Below are positions 8,234 to 17,412 of a DNA stretch of 64,000 bases, piece after piece (within the stretch, counting starts at the first letter, position 1; every line of letters begins with the position of its first letter). A model generated the notes under the pieces. It was not told the origin of the DNA. It was given only the letters and a program-made list of their open reading frames with translations, and did not search any database. The stretch lies in assembly GCA_964550105.1 (NCBI GenBank), contig CAZJWN010000001.1, positions 1,413-65,412 on the forward strand, written 5' to 3'. This stretch comes from an uncultured Gammaproteobacteria bacterium. GTDB lineage: Bacteria > Patescibacteriota > Microgenomatia > UBA1406 > GWC2-37-13. Position numbers and translations under genes: made by a program.

Positions 8234-9778
8234 ATGACAAAAAAGCTGGACTTTTATCGATTATTTAGGTTGTTTCTGTACTTTGGAATAATCACGAATC
8301 TCTTGCTGTCTTTGTGGCTATTAACCTATCAGGATGTCATCTTTCAAACAGACATAGCCAGAGATTTTCTACTGATCGAAGATATAGTCTACAGCAATCA
8401 CCTCACCCTCCTTGGTCCAAGATCAGGTGGTATCCCTGGAGTTTTTCATGGTCCTTTGTGGCTATATCTGCAAGTCCCAGCTTTCCTACTTGCACACGGA
8501 GACCCTGCAAAAATGAGCATTTTCTGGTTTCTGCTGTGCTTGACTGGACTTTACATTGCATATCGAGTAACCAAAAAGCTTTTCGGACCTGAGGTCGCCA
8601 TTATTTCAGCCTTTCTCATCACTTGCACTATCCCCGCTACTTTACTTAGCCTTTTCAATCCATATGGTGCAGTTATTTTGGCTCCCCTTTTCTTTTATTT
8701 TTTTTATCAATATATCCAAGAAGGAGCCATGAAACATTTGATGATAGCGATTTTGTTGCTTGGCGTGATTATACAATTTCAAATGGCCTGGGGAGTGCCT
8801 ATACTAGTTCTCACACTTCCAATCGTTATAAGGCGCGTTGTGAAGACTCAAAAATGGTTGAGTTTGAGCGCATATACTGTGCTTGTCATACCGCTTGTAA
8901 CATACATCATCTTCGAGCTCCGTCACTCATTTCTCCAGCTCAGTTCTGTTCTCCATCATGTGACCGGTGGTAATAAAGATTATGGTGTAACTTCTGTTTC
9001 GTCATTTATTATATCTCGTCTAACTGGAATGTTTATAGAAGGTTGGTATCTACTCAGCAACATTCATATTTTGGTCAGTGTCATCATAGTTTGTGTTGTT
9101 GTATGGGTTGTATATAAATCATGGTACTTTTTTCCGTCAAAAACAAAAAGTTTCTATTTTTTGTTCAGTTATTTCTATTTTGGGTTCTGGGTCACCTCAT
9201 TTTTCTTTAGAGGAATTATCTGGGGTTATTATTATTGGCCTTTTCTCCACTTGACCACCATAGCACTAGGCATCTTGTGTACTCAAAAATACAAATGGCT
9301 TCTTAATATGATAGTCGTATTCATTGGTCTCTCATATTTATACTCGAATGTGAAGTATGTAAAGGACTTTGCAGATTTTTCTAACAAAGATCAATCCTCC
9401 TGGAGATTCAATGAGCAGGTGTCACAAATGGTGTTTAACGATGGTGAAAATACTTTCGGGTATTACGTATTTACTCCAGATCAATATGGATTTGCGATCA
9501 AATATGCAATGAATTATGTCCAGCGGCTGACTCCAATATCAACTTCAACTCCATACAAAAAACAAAGAGTTACTTATCTATTTATTGCCCCAGCGCCCGA
9601 CTATAGACCTGAGCTGAACGGAGATTGGTGGAAATCGGATCAGGTCAAAATCAAGCGTTCTGCTGATTACACACGAACGTATCCGAACGGCTTGAAGGTC
9701 GAAAGGTACAATTTAAGCCAGGATGAGATTGCTGTTCATTCTGATCCAAATCTTATTCAAGATCTACACTTTAGGTGA
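8234..9778 (+). CDS. Polytopic GT-C-like glycosyltransferase (family A paralog)
   Basis: 514 aa, many TM segments. Loop QTDIARDFLLIEDI...LLGPRSGGIPGVFHGPLWLY parallels the 5795 ORF. C-terminal soluble domain of about 130 aa. Confidence 0.6.
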   Translation: MTKKLDFYRLFRLFLYFGIITNLLLSLWLLTYQDVIFQTDIARDFLLIEDIVYSNHLTLLGPRSGGIPGVFHGPLWLYLQVPAFLLAHGDPAKMSIFWFLLCLTGLYIAYRVTKKLFGPEVAIISAFLITCTIPATLLSLFNPYGAVILAPLFFYFFYQYIQEGAMKHLMIAILLLGVIIQFQMAWGVPILVLTLPIVIRRVVKTQKWLSLSAYTVLVIPLVTYIIFELRHSFLQLSSVLHHVTGGNKDYGVTSVSSFIISRLTGMFIEGWYLLSNIHILVSVIIVCVVVWVVYKSWYFFPSKTKSFYFLFSYFYFGFWVTSFFFRGIIWGYYYWPFLHLTTIALGILCTQKYKWLLNMIVVFIGLSYLYSNVKYVKDFADFSNKDQSSWRFNEQVSQMVFNDGENTFGYYVFTPDQYGFAIKYAMNYVQRLTPISTSTPYKKQRVTYLFIAPAPDYRPELNGDWWKSDQVKIKRSADYTRTYPNGLKVERYNLSQDEIAVHSDPNLIQDLHFR

Positions 9779-11253
9779 GGTATACTTTCCAAATGCACTC
9801 GCTCAAGCGCCATCTTCCGCTCTTTCTCTTTATTCTCATCATAGGAGGGCTTTGGATGCGAGCCATCATCATGTCAACTGTACCTTTCTTCGATTGGGAT
9901 GAGTCTATATATGCGCAAGTCGCTCGAGAATGGCTGCGCGATCCTGGATTTACCCTCCACTATAACCTCGCGATTTGGCTTGAGAAACCACCTCTCTTAT
10001 TTGCCGTCATTGGCACACTCTTTTACCTATTTGGTACGAGTGAGTTCATCGCTCGTCTGCCATCGGTAATCGCTGCCATTTGTTGTGTGATATTGGTTTT
10101 CCAGAGTGTCAAGCACTTTACTAGAAGCCCATTGGCTCAGATGGCTGGAGTGCTGATGTTTGCGGCTACTCCTTTTTTTATCGATCGAGCTAGTATCGTC
10201 AATGTGGATATATTTCTTACTTTAGGTTGGTTGCTCTATGTCTGCGATAACACATTTCGCACTCGGCTTATCGGTACCATCATAGGTGTTTGGACAAAAT
10301 CTTTTCTTGGGTTTATCCCTCTCTGTGTAGATGTTGCTCTCTCAATTTACCATCGATCACTTACCAAGACAAAAGTGCGCGAATGGTTGGTGATCTTATC
10401 AATATCACTGATATGGCACCTCATCATGATAGTCCAATATCCGAGCCAATTCATATCCTCGCATATCAAAGACCACATGATCTCGCGCATCACTACTCCG
10501 ATAGAGCTTCATTTTGGAGGGAAGTTCTTCTATTTTGAAAAGTTATGGGCAAATTACCACTTACTTATAGTCATCGCTGGGATCGGTATCGTCATTTGGA
10601 TCGTCACCATCCTCAGACGTCGTGATTCAAAACAGATTGATATTTTCTTCCTCTTGCCGCTTGTATATCTCGCTCTGCTCACCATCAGTAGATCAAAACT
10701 ATCTTGGTACATCGTACCTATTCTCCCTTTTGTAGCCATTTGGGTTGTTTACTCGATTTCTCATATCCCCCGCAAGTCACTGCAAACGCTCTGCTATTTT
10801 GCACTGATAGTGTGGTCGGGGTATATGTTTTTACAGCAAACAATAGGCTTTACAGTGCCTAAAAATGTGATTCCTCAACAAGTCGCCCTAGCGAGATGTC
10901 AAAAGGGTATGCCTCCATTTACTAGAGTTGCATATCTCATTGCGCCAACCCAACGCAAAGATATGCAGGTCATCGAAGCGGCACAAGTTGCTATTGCGAG
11001 CTCGTTTATCTATGGATCTGCTCCTACATTTGTCTTTTATTTAGATAAGCCAGTTACATTCTTTTATAAACCAGAACAATTTCTAAATGAAGTAAGTAAA
11101 TATGACGCATACGCCATGCATATCGATGACCTCAAACTTTTAAGCAAAAATGCACAAGATGCATTTGCATCCAACTCGACCGTGATCACTGAGTGTCAGC
11201 GAGGTGAATGGATACTCTACAGCCGAGCTACAGCCTCACAAAAGCAGATGTAG
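9775..11253 (+). CDS. PMT_2/ArnT-like (GT39/GT83-type) GT-C glycosyltransferase
   Basis: 492 aa. First extracytoplasmic loop PFFDWDESIYAQVAREW carries the DE catalytic motif typical of PMT/ArnT enzymes. The GTG start overlaps the upstream TGA (GTGA); an alternative ATG lies at 9793. Confidence 0.75.
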   Translation: MRYTFQMHSLKRHLPLFLFILIIGGLWMRAIIMSTVPFFDWDESIYAQVAREWLRDPGFTLHYNLAIWLEKPPLLFAVIGTLFYLFGTSEFIARLPSVIAAICCVILVFQSVKHFTRSPLAQMAGVLMFAATPFFIDRASIVNVDIFLTLGWLLYVCDNTFRTRLIGTIIGVWTKSFLGFIPLCVDVALSIYHRSLTKTKVREWLVILSISLIWHLIMIVQYPSQFISSHIKDHMISRITTPIELHFGGKFFYFEKLWANYHLLIVIAGIGIVIWIVTILRRRDSKQIDIFFLLPLVYLALLTISRSKLSWYIVPILPFVAIWVVYSISHIPRKSLQTLCYFALIVWSGYMFLQQTIGFTVPKNVIPQQVALARCQKGMPPFTRVAYLIAPTQRKDMQVIEAAQVAIASSFIYGSAPTFVFYLDKPVTFFYKPEQFLNEVSKYDAYAMHIDDLKLLSKNAQDAFASNSTVITECQRGEWILYSRATASQKQM

Positions 11254-11283
11254 TGTTGGGTAAATAAGCTATAATCAAGATGT

Positions 11284-12852
11284 ATGTTTTCATTCACTGA
11301 TACATTCGTTCAGATTAAGCGTCGCATGTCGTGGAAATTTGCTCTTTTTCTGATATCTGTCAGCTCACTCTACTTCTTTACAAGACTGCTCAATATCCTC
11401 GCTCTTCCCATATTTGTGGATGAAGGCATATATGTTAACTGGGCACGGATCGCCGCTAATGATCCAAACTGGAGATTTATTTCACTGCTTGATGGAAAAC
11501 AGGTGCTACAAACGTGGGGAACAATCCCCTTTGTTAAATTATTTCCAGATAATTTGCTCTTCGCAGGTCGACTTTTCTCAGTATCAAGTGGGTTTATAGG
11601 AATGATTGGGATGATGAGTTTGAGTGGCTATCTATGGGGTAAACGGGCTGTTGCGATTGCCGCAATCATATATCTATTTTCGCCATTTTTTCTTTTCTAC
11701 GATCGTTTGGCTCTTGTAGATTCTGCTGTAAATGCTAGTGTCATTTGGTTGATGTTTGTATCCATATTACTAGTACGAATGAAACGATTGGATGTTGCAG
11801 TGCTTTTTGGTGCTATTGCTGGGATCGGTATGCTAGCAAAATCAAGCCTGTTCATGTTTATCGGACTGTCCTGCACAGCAATAGTGGTCTTTCAACATGG
11901 GCAAACTATTTTAAACAAAGTAGCCCATGTATGGCGCAATAAAAAAGTATTATTTGATTATATTTTCTTGTATCTTGCCGGTCTGTTCTTAGCCTTATCA
12001 ATATATCTATCACAACGATTCTTTTCGCCTTTCTTTCATAACATAGCTCAGAAAAACTTGATGTTCATTTTGACTTTTCGTGAATGGTTAGCAAATCCGT
12101 TTCAGCTAGTCATGAATAACATTCAAATAGTACCCCAGTATATTTTTTGGGAAAGCGGATGGATCATCCCTGTGCTGGGTCTCGTTGGGATATATATGTT
12201 ATGGAGGAATCATGAACCTCTCGGACACTACCTTGTCCTATGGATCATCTCCCCCTTCATCATCATAGTAATGTTTAACAAGGTGGTGTACCCGCGATAC
12301 TTGATCTTTTTTGCAGGATTACTCAGTATTGCAGCTATTTATGCTCTCAATTCTTTCTCTACAAACACCCGACGGATATTGTTACTAATCACTTCAGTTG
12401 TACTTCTGTTTATCTGCTTTCCCCAATGGTTCTCGGTAACTAGCATTTCTTTGCCACCTATTGATCGTGGGCAATATATTGAGGGTGCGTCCGCAGTGTG
12501 GGGTACTCCAGAACTTATGCAAATAATTCGTTCATCTACTACAGATGGTAAATCTGCGCTTGTCCTTGCTGAGGGAGATTTTGGGTTGATCGCAGATGTA
12601 TTGCGTGCGTACGTTAAACGGGAAGATCGTATCGATGTGCGTGGTCTTTGGCCACTCAATGAGTCAGATATCTTAACAGCCCAACAAGAAACAGTGGACA
12701 AACATGTATTCGTTGTATTTCCCCATCGAAATGATTTTCCTATCCACTGGCAACAGGATTTGATTGAGGAGGTCAAAGTATTTGGCAAACCCAACGGTAG
12801 TCCAGATAAGGTGTATCTTTTCCGGTTACGTCCTCCAGTTAGCCCTCGATGA
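11284..12852 (+). CDS. PMT_2/ArnT-like GT-C glycosyltransferase
   Basis: 522 aa, multi-TM. First loop LPIFVDEGIYVNWARIA (DE motif). C-terminal soluble domain. Confidence 0.7.
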   Translation: MFSFTDTFVQIKRRMSWKFALFLISVSSLYFFTRLLNILALPIFVDEGIYVNWARIAANDPNWRFISLLDGKQVLQTWGTIPFVKLFPDNLLFAGRLFSVSSGFIGMIGMMSLSGYLWGKRAVAIAAIIYLFSPFFLFYDRLALVDSAVNASVIWLMFVSILLVRMKRLDVAVLFGAIAGIGMLAKSSLFMFIGLSCTAIVVFQHGQTILNKVAHVWRNKKVLFDYIFLYLAGLFLALSIYLSQRFFSPFFHNIAQKNLMFILTFREWLANPFQLVMNNIQIVPQYIFWESGWIIPVLGLVGIYMLWRNHEPLGHYLVLWIISPFIIIVMFNKVVYPRYLIFFAGLLSIAAIYALNSFSTNTRRILLLITSVVLLFICFPQWFSVTSISLPPIDRGQYIEGASAVWGTPELMQIIRSSTTDGKSALVLAEGDFGLIADVLRAYVKREDRIDVRGLWPLNESDILTAQQETVDKHVFVVFPHRNDFPIHWQQDLIEEVKVFGKPNGSPDKVYLFRLRPPVSPR

Positions 12853-12858
12853 TCCATC

Positions 12859-14391
12859 ATGCTCAACGTCAATCTGATGAAGAAATTTGGTAGAAGTATC
12901 AATCTCCCGCTTCTTATTGCACTAATGGTGCTTGCGGTGACTGTTGGCCGTAATCTCAACCCATTTGCACTCGATTTCTTTTCTTATCACGATGTCACGC
13001 AGTCCTCGCGTATTGAGCAGTTTACAAAAGAACTCACCCAGCTCCACATCCCTCCTCAGATCGCACCTGACTATGCATTTGGGAATGGATACCCCGTTTT
13101 CACCTTCTACGCACCTACCGCCTACTGGATCACTAGCATGATGCATTTGATAGGATTTGAAATCAGTCAGGCGATCAAGTTGTCTTTTCTGCTCAGCATA
13201 CTCACTGCTTTTGGAGGGATGTATACGCTCGCCTCACGAGTGAGTCATGATAAAGTGTTGCGATTGGTTCCAGCTTTCCTGTATGCAGCCTCGCCGTGGA
13301 TAGCGAGTGAGATATTTGTACGCGGTAACCTTGCTGAGATTTGGTTCATCGCACTGTTGCCCTGGGGTGTGTGGGGATTGCAACAGAAAAATAGGGCTCT
13401 TATTAATTCACTTGTCCTTGCTGGGCTGTTTACGAGTCACAATGCACTTTCGCTCATCGCCATCATCTTTTGTTTTATAGTTGCCATAGTTCAAACTCAT
13501 CGCAAAGCCGCCCTACAGGTTTTCTTTATAGCCCTCGTATTGAGTGTCTACTTCTGGATACCTGTTGTATTTGGACTTTCAGGTACGTATGCACAAGATA
13601 TTGCACAGAAAACCGATTTCAGTGATCATTTCCTGTGTGTTTCACAGCTGTGGACTAGCAATAACGGGTGGGGTTATGGAGGATCAGCTCCCGGTTGTGA
13701 TCGCGATGGTATCAGCTTTATGATAGGCAAGTTTACCATCATTTTTGCTTTCGCTGTGGTATTTTTATTTATTAGTACTCTGCTTTATCAGGTGTTTTCA
13801 CGGAAACAAATTCTGAAAAGGGAGCGGCGTAGGGATATTGACCTGACGTCAATTGTGATTGTTTTATTGGGTCTTCTGAGTCTTTTTCTCACCCTCAAAG
13901 TATCTCAACCTGTGTGGGAGGGTGTATCACTGATGAAATCTTTTCAGTTTCCATGGCGATTCGTTGCATTTATACTATTTGCCGCTTCATACATCAGTGT
14001 ATATATTTTTAATTATGTTCGACTACCACTATACATCACTCGCAGCATGGTCCTAGTGATTTGTGCGGTCATACTCATACTCAATGCAAAGTTCTTTGTT
14101 GGACAGCTGATAGCTGCAGAAAAGGTTTATTCTCTCTACAGTACAGAGTTTGTTTGGGGCAAGGCAGCTTATGCTATACCTGAATATCTGCCACGCACTA
14201 TCGACCTCAGTCTATGGAACAGTCTGCGGATGAAAACGCCTATGAAAAATGAACTAGATCTCCTCAAGACTCAGTTTAATGCGTACAAACCACCAACTGT
14301 CTTGTACACTATCTCGCATGCAGTGAGCTTTGGTGCTTTGGGATACTTATTATGTCATCACATTTACAGAAAAATACAAAAAAAAGCCTAA
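12859..14391 (+). CDS. Polytopic membrane protein, GT-C/YfhO-like
   Basis: 510 aa, at least 10 TM segments. N-terminal loop FFSYHDVTQSSRIEQFTKEL. Family assignment is tentative. Confidence 0.5.
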   Translation: MLNVNLMKKFGRSINLPLLIALMVLAVTVGRNLNPFALDFFSYHDVTQSSRIEQFTKELTQLHIPPQIAPDYAFGNGYPVFTFYAPTAYWITSMMHLIGFEISQAIKLSFLLSILTAFGGMYTLASRVSHDKVLRLVPAFLYAASPWIASEIFVRGNLAEIWFIALLPWGVWGLQQKNRALINSLVLAGLFTSHNALSLIAIIFCFIVAIVQTHRKAALQVFFIALVLSVYFWIPVVFGLSGTYAQDIAQKTDFSDHFLCVSQLWTSNNGWGYGGSAPGCDRDGISFMIGKFTIIFAFAVVFLFISTLLYQVFSRKQILKRERRRDIDLTSIVIVLLGLLSLFLTLKVSQPVWEGVSLMKSFQFPWRFVAFILFAASYISVYIFNYVRLPLYITRSMVLVICAVILILNAKFFVGQLIAAEKVYSLYSTEFVWGKAAYAIPEYLPRTIDLSLWNSLRMKTPMKNELDLLKTQFNAYKPPTVLYTISHAVSFGALGYLLCHHIYRKIQKKA

Positions 14392-15641
14392 TCTCTCTTT
14401 TCTTTCAGAGTGGATATGCTGCCGTCCTTGGTCTCATTGCAAATATCATTATCACTGCACTTGAGGCAAAGGAAGTATTTGGAATATATGCAGCAACGCT
14501 TGCGACGATAGGAATATTCAACTATCTATCTGATATCGGACTTGCTGGCGCTCTCATCCAAAAAAAGGAAGTGAAGGATGAGGACCTCAGTACAGTATTT
14601 ACGATTCAACAGGCACTCATCCTGACTCTTGTTTCCCTCGGATTCGCTGCGACGAACTTTATCCGTGGCTATTATCAACTTCCGGTCAATGCAGTATACC
14701 TGTATTGGGCTGTCCTGGCAGGTTTCTTCATCTCATCTCTCAAAACAATTCCTTCAGTTTTGCTCGAGCGATCGGTCAACTTCGCAGCTATTGTCCGTAT
14801 TCAGGTCATCGAAAATACACTGTTTTATATTCTCATTTCTGTAGGAATCATTATGAATTTTGGGCTGATGAGCTTTGCATTTGCCGTCATAGTCCGTGCT
14901 GTGGTGGGTGCTATTCTCATGTATAGGTCCTCGACGTGGAGACCTGTACTGGGGGTAAATAAACAATCTCTGCATGAGTTGATTTCGTTCGGACTTCCAT
15001 TTCAGCTCAACTCACTCCTCGCACTGGTAAAGGATGAGTTTGTAGTCATTTTTTTGGGCAAAACACTTGGCCTTGCGACTCTGGGCGAGATAGCATGGGC
15101 AAAGAAGTGGGCAGAGGCGCCTATTCGTATCATCATGGATAATATTTCAAAAGTACTATTTCCGGTGCTCTCACGGCTACAGGATGACCAGGAAAAATTA
15201 AAACGCACCGTCACGATGACTATCTGGGCACAGACGTTCATCCTCGGTCCTATCTTGCTACTTTCTGCATTGGCCATGCCCTATGCAGTACAGATCATCC
15301 CCAAGTATGCAAAGTGGCAGTCGGCCGTACCGATATTTCAGTTGTTCTGTATATCGGCATTTCTTTCTACGCTATCAACTCCATTTATGAATATCTTCAA
15401 TGCGCTGAAAAAACCTCGCATTCCGCTTGCATTCATGGCCTATTGGACCGTGATGACATGGCTACTCACACCTATGTCTGTGAGAACATATGGGGCTATC
15501 GGCTTTGCATATGTCCAGATATTTCTTTCAAGTAGTTTTGTGCTGGTGATAGCGGTTGCCCAGAGATATTTGAGGCTCAACTTTTTTAGGTACTCTCCCG
15601 CCGAGATATTGAGCACGTTTATTCGTGCATTCAAAGGGTAG
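14352..15641 (+). CDS. Wzx-type oligosaccharide/polysaccharide flippase (MOP superfamily)
   Basis: 429 aa, about 12 TM segments. Shows polysaccharide-biosynthesis-protein motifs (LEAKEVFGIYAATLA...DIGLAGALIQKKE; FGLPFQLNSLL). The ATG start overlaps the upstream gene by 40 nt. Confidence 0.75.
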   Translation: MSSHLQKNTKKSLISLFFQSGYAAVLGLIANIIITALEAKEVFGIYAATLATIGIFNYLSDIGLAGALIQKKEVKDEDLSTVFTIQQALILTLVSLGFAATNFIRGYYQLPVNAVYLYWAVLAGFFISSLKTIPSVLLERSVNFAAIVRIQVIENTLFYILISVGIIMNFGLMSFAFAVIVRAVVGAILMYRSSTWRPVLGVNKQSLHELISFGLPFQLNSLLALVKDEFVVIFLGKTLGLATLGEIAWAKKWAEAPIRIIMDNISKVLFPVLSRLQDDQEKLKRTVTMTIWAQTFILGPILLLSALAMPYAVQIIPKYAKWQSAVPIFQLFCISAFLSTLSTPFMNIFNALKKPRIPLAFMAYWTVMTWLLTPMSVRTYGAIGFAYVQIFLSSSFVLVIAVAQRYLRLNFFRYSPAEILSTFIRAFKG

Positions 15642-15667
15642 AAAGCCTGTACCGGAGGACCGTGCGA

Positions 15668-16393
15668 TTACTTTCTTCTGACAAAAACCCTCCATATAAA
15701 CTGCAGAAGCCTGATCTGTCGTCGCAACCGCCATGGCTGCGCAATCAATCGATAGAGCCACTCAAGGCCAATTTTTTGAATGAGGGCTGGTGCACGTGGC
15801 ACACGCCCAGTCAGCATGTCAAATGCTCCCCCCACTCCCATGCATACTGTTTGCGATAGTGATTTCCTATTTTGCCAAATCCATTTTTCTTGAGTAGGAC
15901 TCCCAAAAGCAACAAATAACAAATCGATATTTGCATCCTTTAGGTGAATTGTGTTTGACGGATCAGTTGACTCAGATTCTGGTAGATCAACAAATCGGAC
16001 ATGCGGGCTAGACACATATTTCTTCGCAAGTATGTCACGCACCTGTCTTGCCACTCCTCCTCTTCCACCGAGGAGTCCTACAGTGACCTCACGATGATTT
16101 GCCTTTGTAATCGAGCTGATCAATCTAATCATCAGGTCTATACCGGTGACTCGCTCAAAATGGCTTTTGTTTTCTCCCGTCAGATGACTAGCCAAAAGTA
16201 TCCCCACTCCATCTATGATTTGTACCTCTGCAGTATTGAGTATCTCTTGGAAATCACTGTCGGACTGAGCGGACATGATATTCTCGGGATTGAGTGACAC
16301 AATGTGTAGGTGTCTCTTGGTCGTCAAAGCGTTTTCAACGAGTTCGACCGCAGATGTATATGAATACACGTGGGTGAGGTGGATACCAAGCAT
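15668..16393 (-). CDS. WecB/TagA/CpsF family (GT26) glycosyltransferase
   Basis: Motifs IVSLNPENIM, DGVGILLAS, LLGGRGGVA, FVAFGSPTQEKWI, GVGGAFDMLTGRVPRAP..IQKIGLEWLYRLIAQPWRLRR. Internal ATG at 16393 is preferred; the ORF is open to 16423. Confidence 0.88.
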   Translation of the reverse strand: MLGIHLTHVYSYTSAVELVENALTTKRHLHIVSLNPENIMSAQSDSDFQEILNTAEVQIIDGVGILLASHLTGENKSHFERVTGIDLMIRLISSITKANHREVTVGLLGGRGGVARQVRDILAKKYVSSPHVRFVDLPESESTDPSNTIHLKDANIDLLFVAFGSPTQEKWIWQNRKSLSQTVCMGVGGAFDMLTGRVPRAPALIQKIGLEWLYRLIAQPWRLRRQIRLLQFIWRVFVRRK

Positions 16394-16464
16394 AGTAGGA
16401 TTATACCTTGAAATCCCCCTCATCGACTAGATCAGGATCAATAAATGGTATAATCGAAATTGAT

Positions 16465-17391
16465 ATGCAAATTTCCTCGATCATAGTAGCCGAAGGAACC
16501 TGTCCCGATATTTCCCTGACCCTGAGTAGCGCGACTGATGTATCTGCCGAAGTCATTCTCATTGATATTGGACTTGATCCAGCTACCCGGATCCAGGTCG
16601 AGAATTCCCGCCCAGACCTAAAAATCATCAACTTGAACAAGCCAGAGTATGTGGAGCTTATCAGGCAAGAAACGCTTGCTCATGCGAACCATGAGTGGGT
16701 ACTTTTGCTTGATCCTGATGAGTATCTCTCGCCAGAACTGGTGAAGCTCATACGTGAATCAACCATAGAAGAGGGATATACTCATCTCAAAATTCCTCGA
16801 CAGAACTATATATTTAACAAGTGGATCTCGCATAGTCGCTGGTGGCCAGACTATCAAATCAGGTTATTCAAGAAAGATTGCATAACCTGGCCAAAAACCT
16901 TGCATGCACAGCCAGAGCTCACGGGAAAAGGGTTCATAGTTGGTGCGTTTGAGGATCAAAAGTTGGAGATGCGTGCCTGTGCCATAGTGCACCACAACTA
17001 TACCAGTATTCTCCAGTACCTCGAGAAAGCTATCCGCTATGCACGAGTCGAGGCTACAGAACTCGTCACCAAAGACGATCACTATACGATACTCGATGCC
17101 TGCAAACGAGCAACGAGTGAGTTCGTCTCGAGATTTTTTGCTGATAAAGGATATAAAGACGGAGCTCACGGACTGGTATTGGCTTTGCTACAGGTTTTTT
17201 ATAACCTGTTGGTATATATGTTTGTATGGGAAAAAAAGGGCTATCCAGAAGTGACTCAAACAAACCTCATGAAATCCACAACACAACTCTTTATCACCAC
17301 GAGCAAAGAGATTCTTTACTGGATGAGCCGTGAAAAGATCACACGAGGACCAGAAAAGGTGATGAATTGGCTTAAGCGTCAGGTGATGTAG
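16465..17391 (+). CDS. GT2 family glycosyltransferase (WWPDYQ-type; paralog of 32021-32797)
   Basis: VLLLDPDEYL (DxD), RWWPDYQIRLFKK, and a C-terminal amphipathic/helical tail. ATG at 16465 is preferred; the ORF is open from 16408. Confidence 0.8.
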   Translation: MQISSIIVAEGTCPDISLTLSSATDVSAEVILIDIGLDPATRIQVENSRPDLKIINLNKPEYVELIRQETLAHANHEWVLLLDPDEYLSPELVKLIRESTIEEGYTHLKIPRQNYIFNKWISHSRWWPDYQIRLFKKDCITWPKTLHAQPELTGKGFIVGAFEDQKLEMRACAIVHHNYTSILQYLEKAIRYARVEATELVTKDDHYTILDACKRATSEFVSRFFADKGYKDGAHGLVLALLQVFYNLLVYMFVWEKKGYPEVTQTNLMKSTTQLFITTSKEILYWMSREKITRGPEKVMNWLKRQVM

Positions 17392-17412
17392 GCTCTGCAC
17401 TACCGTTTATCT

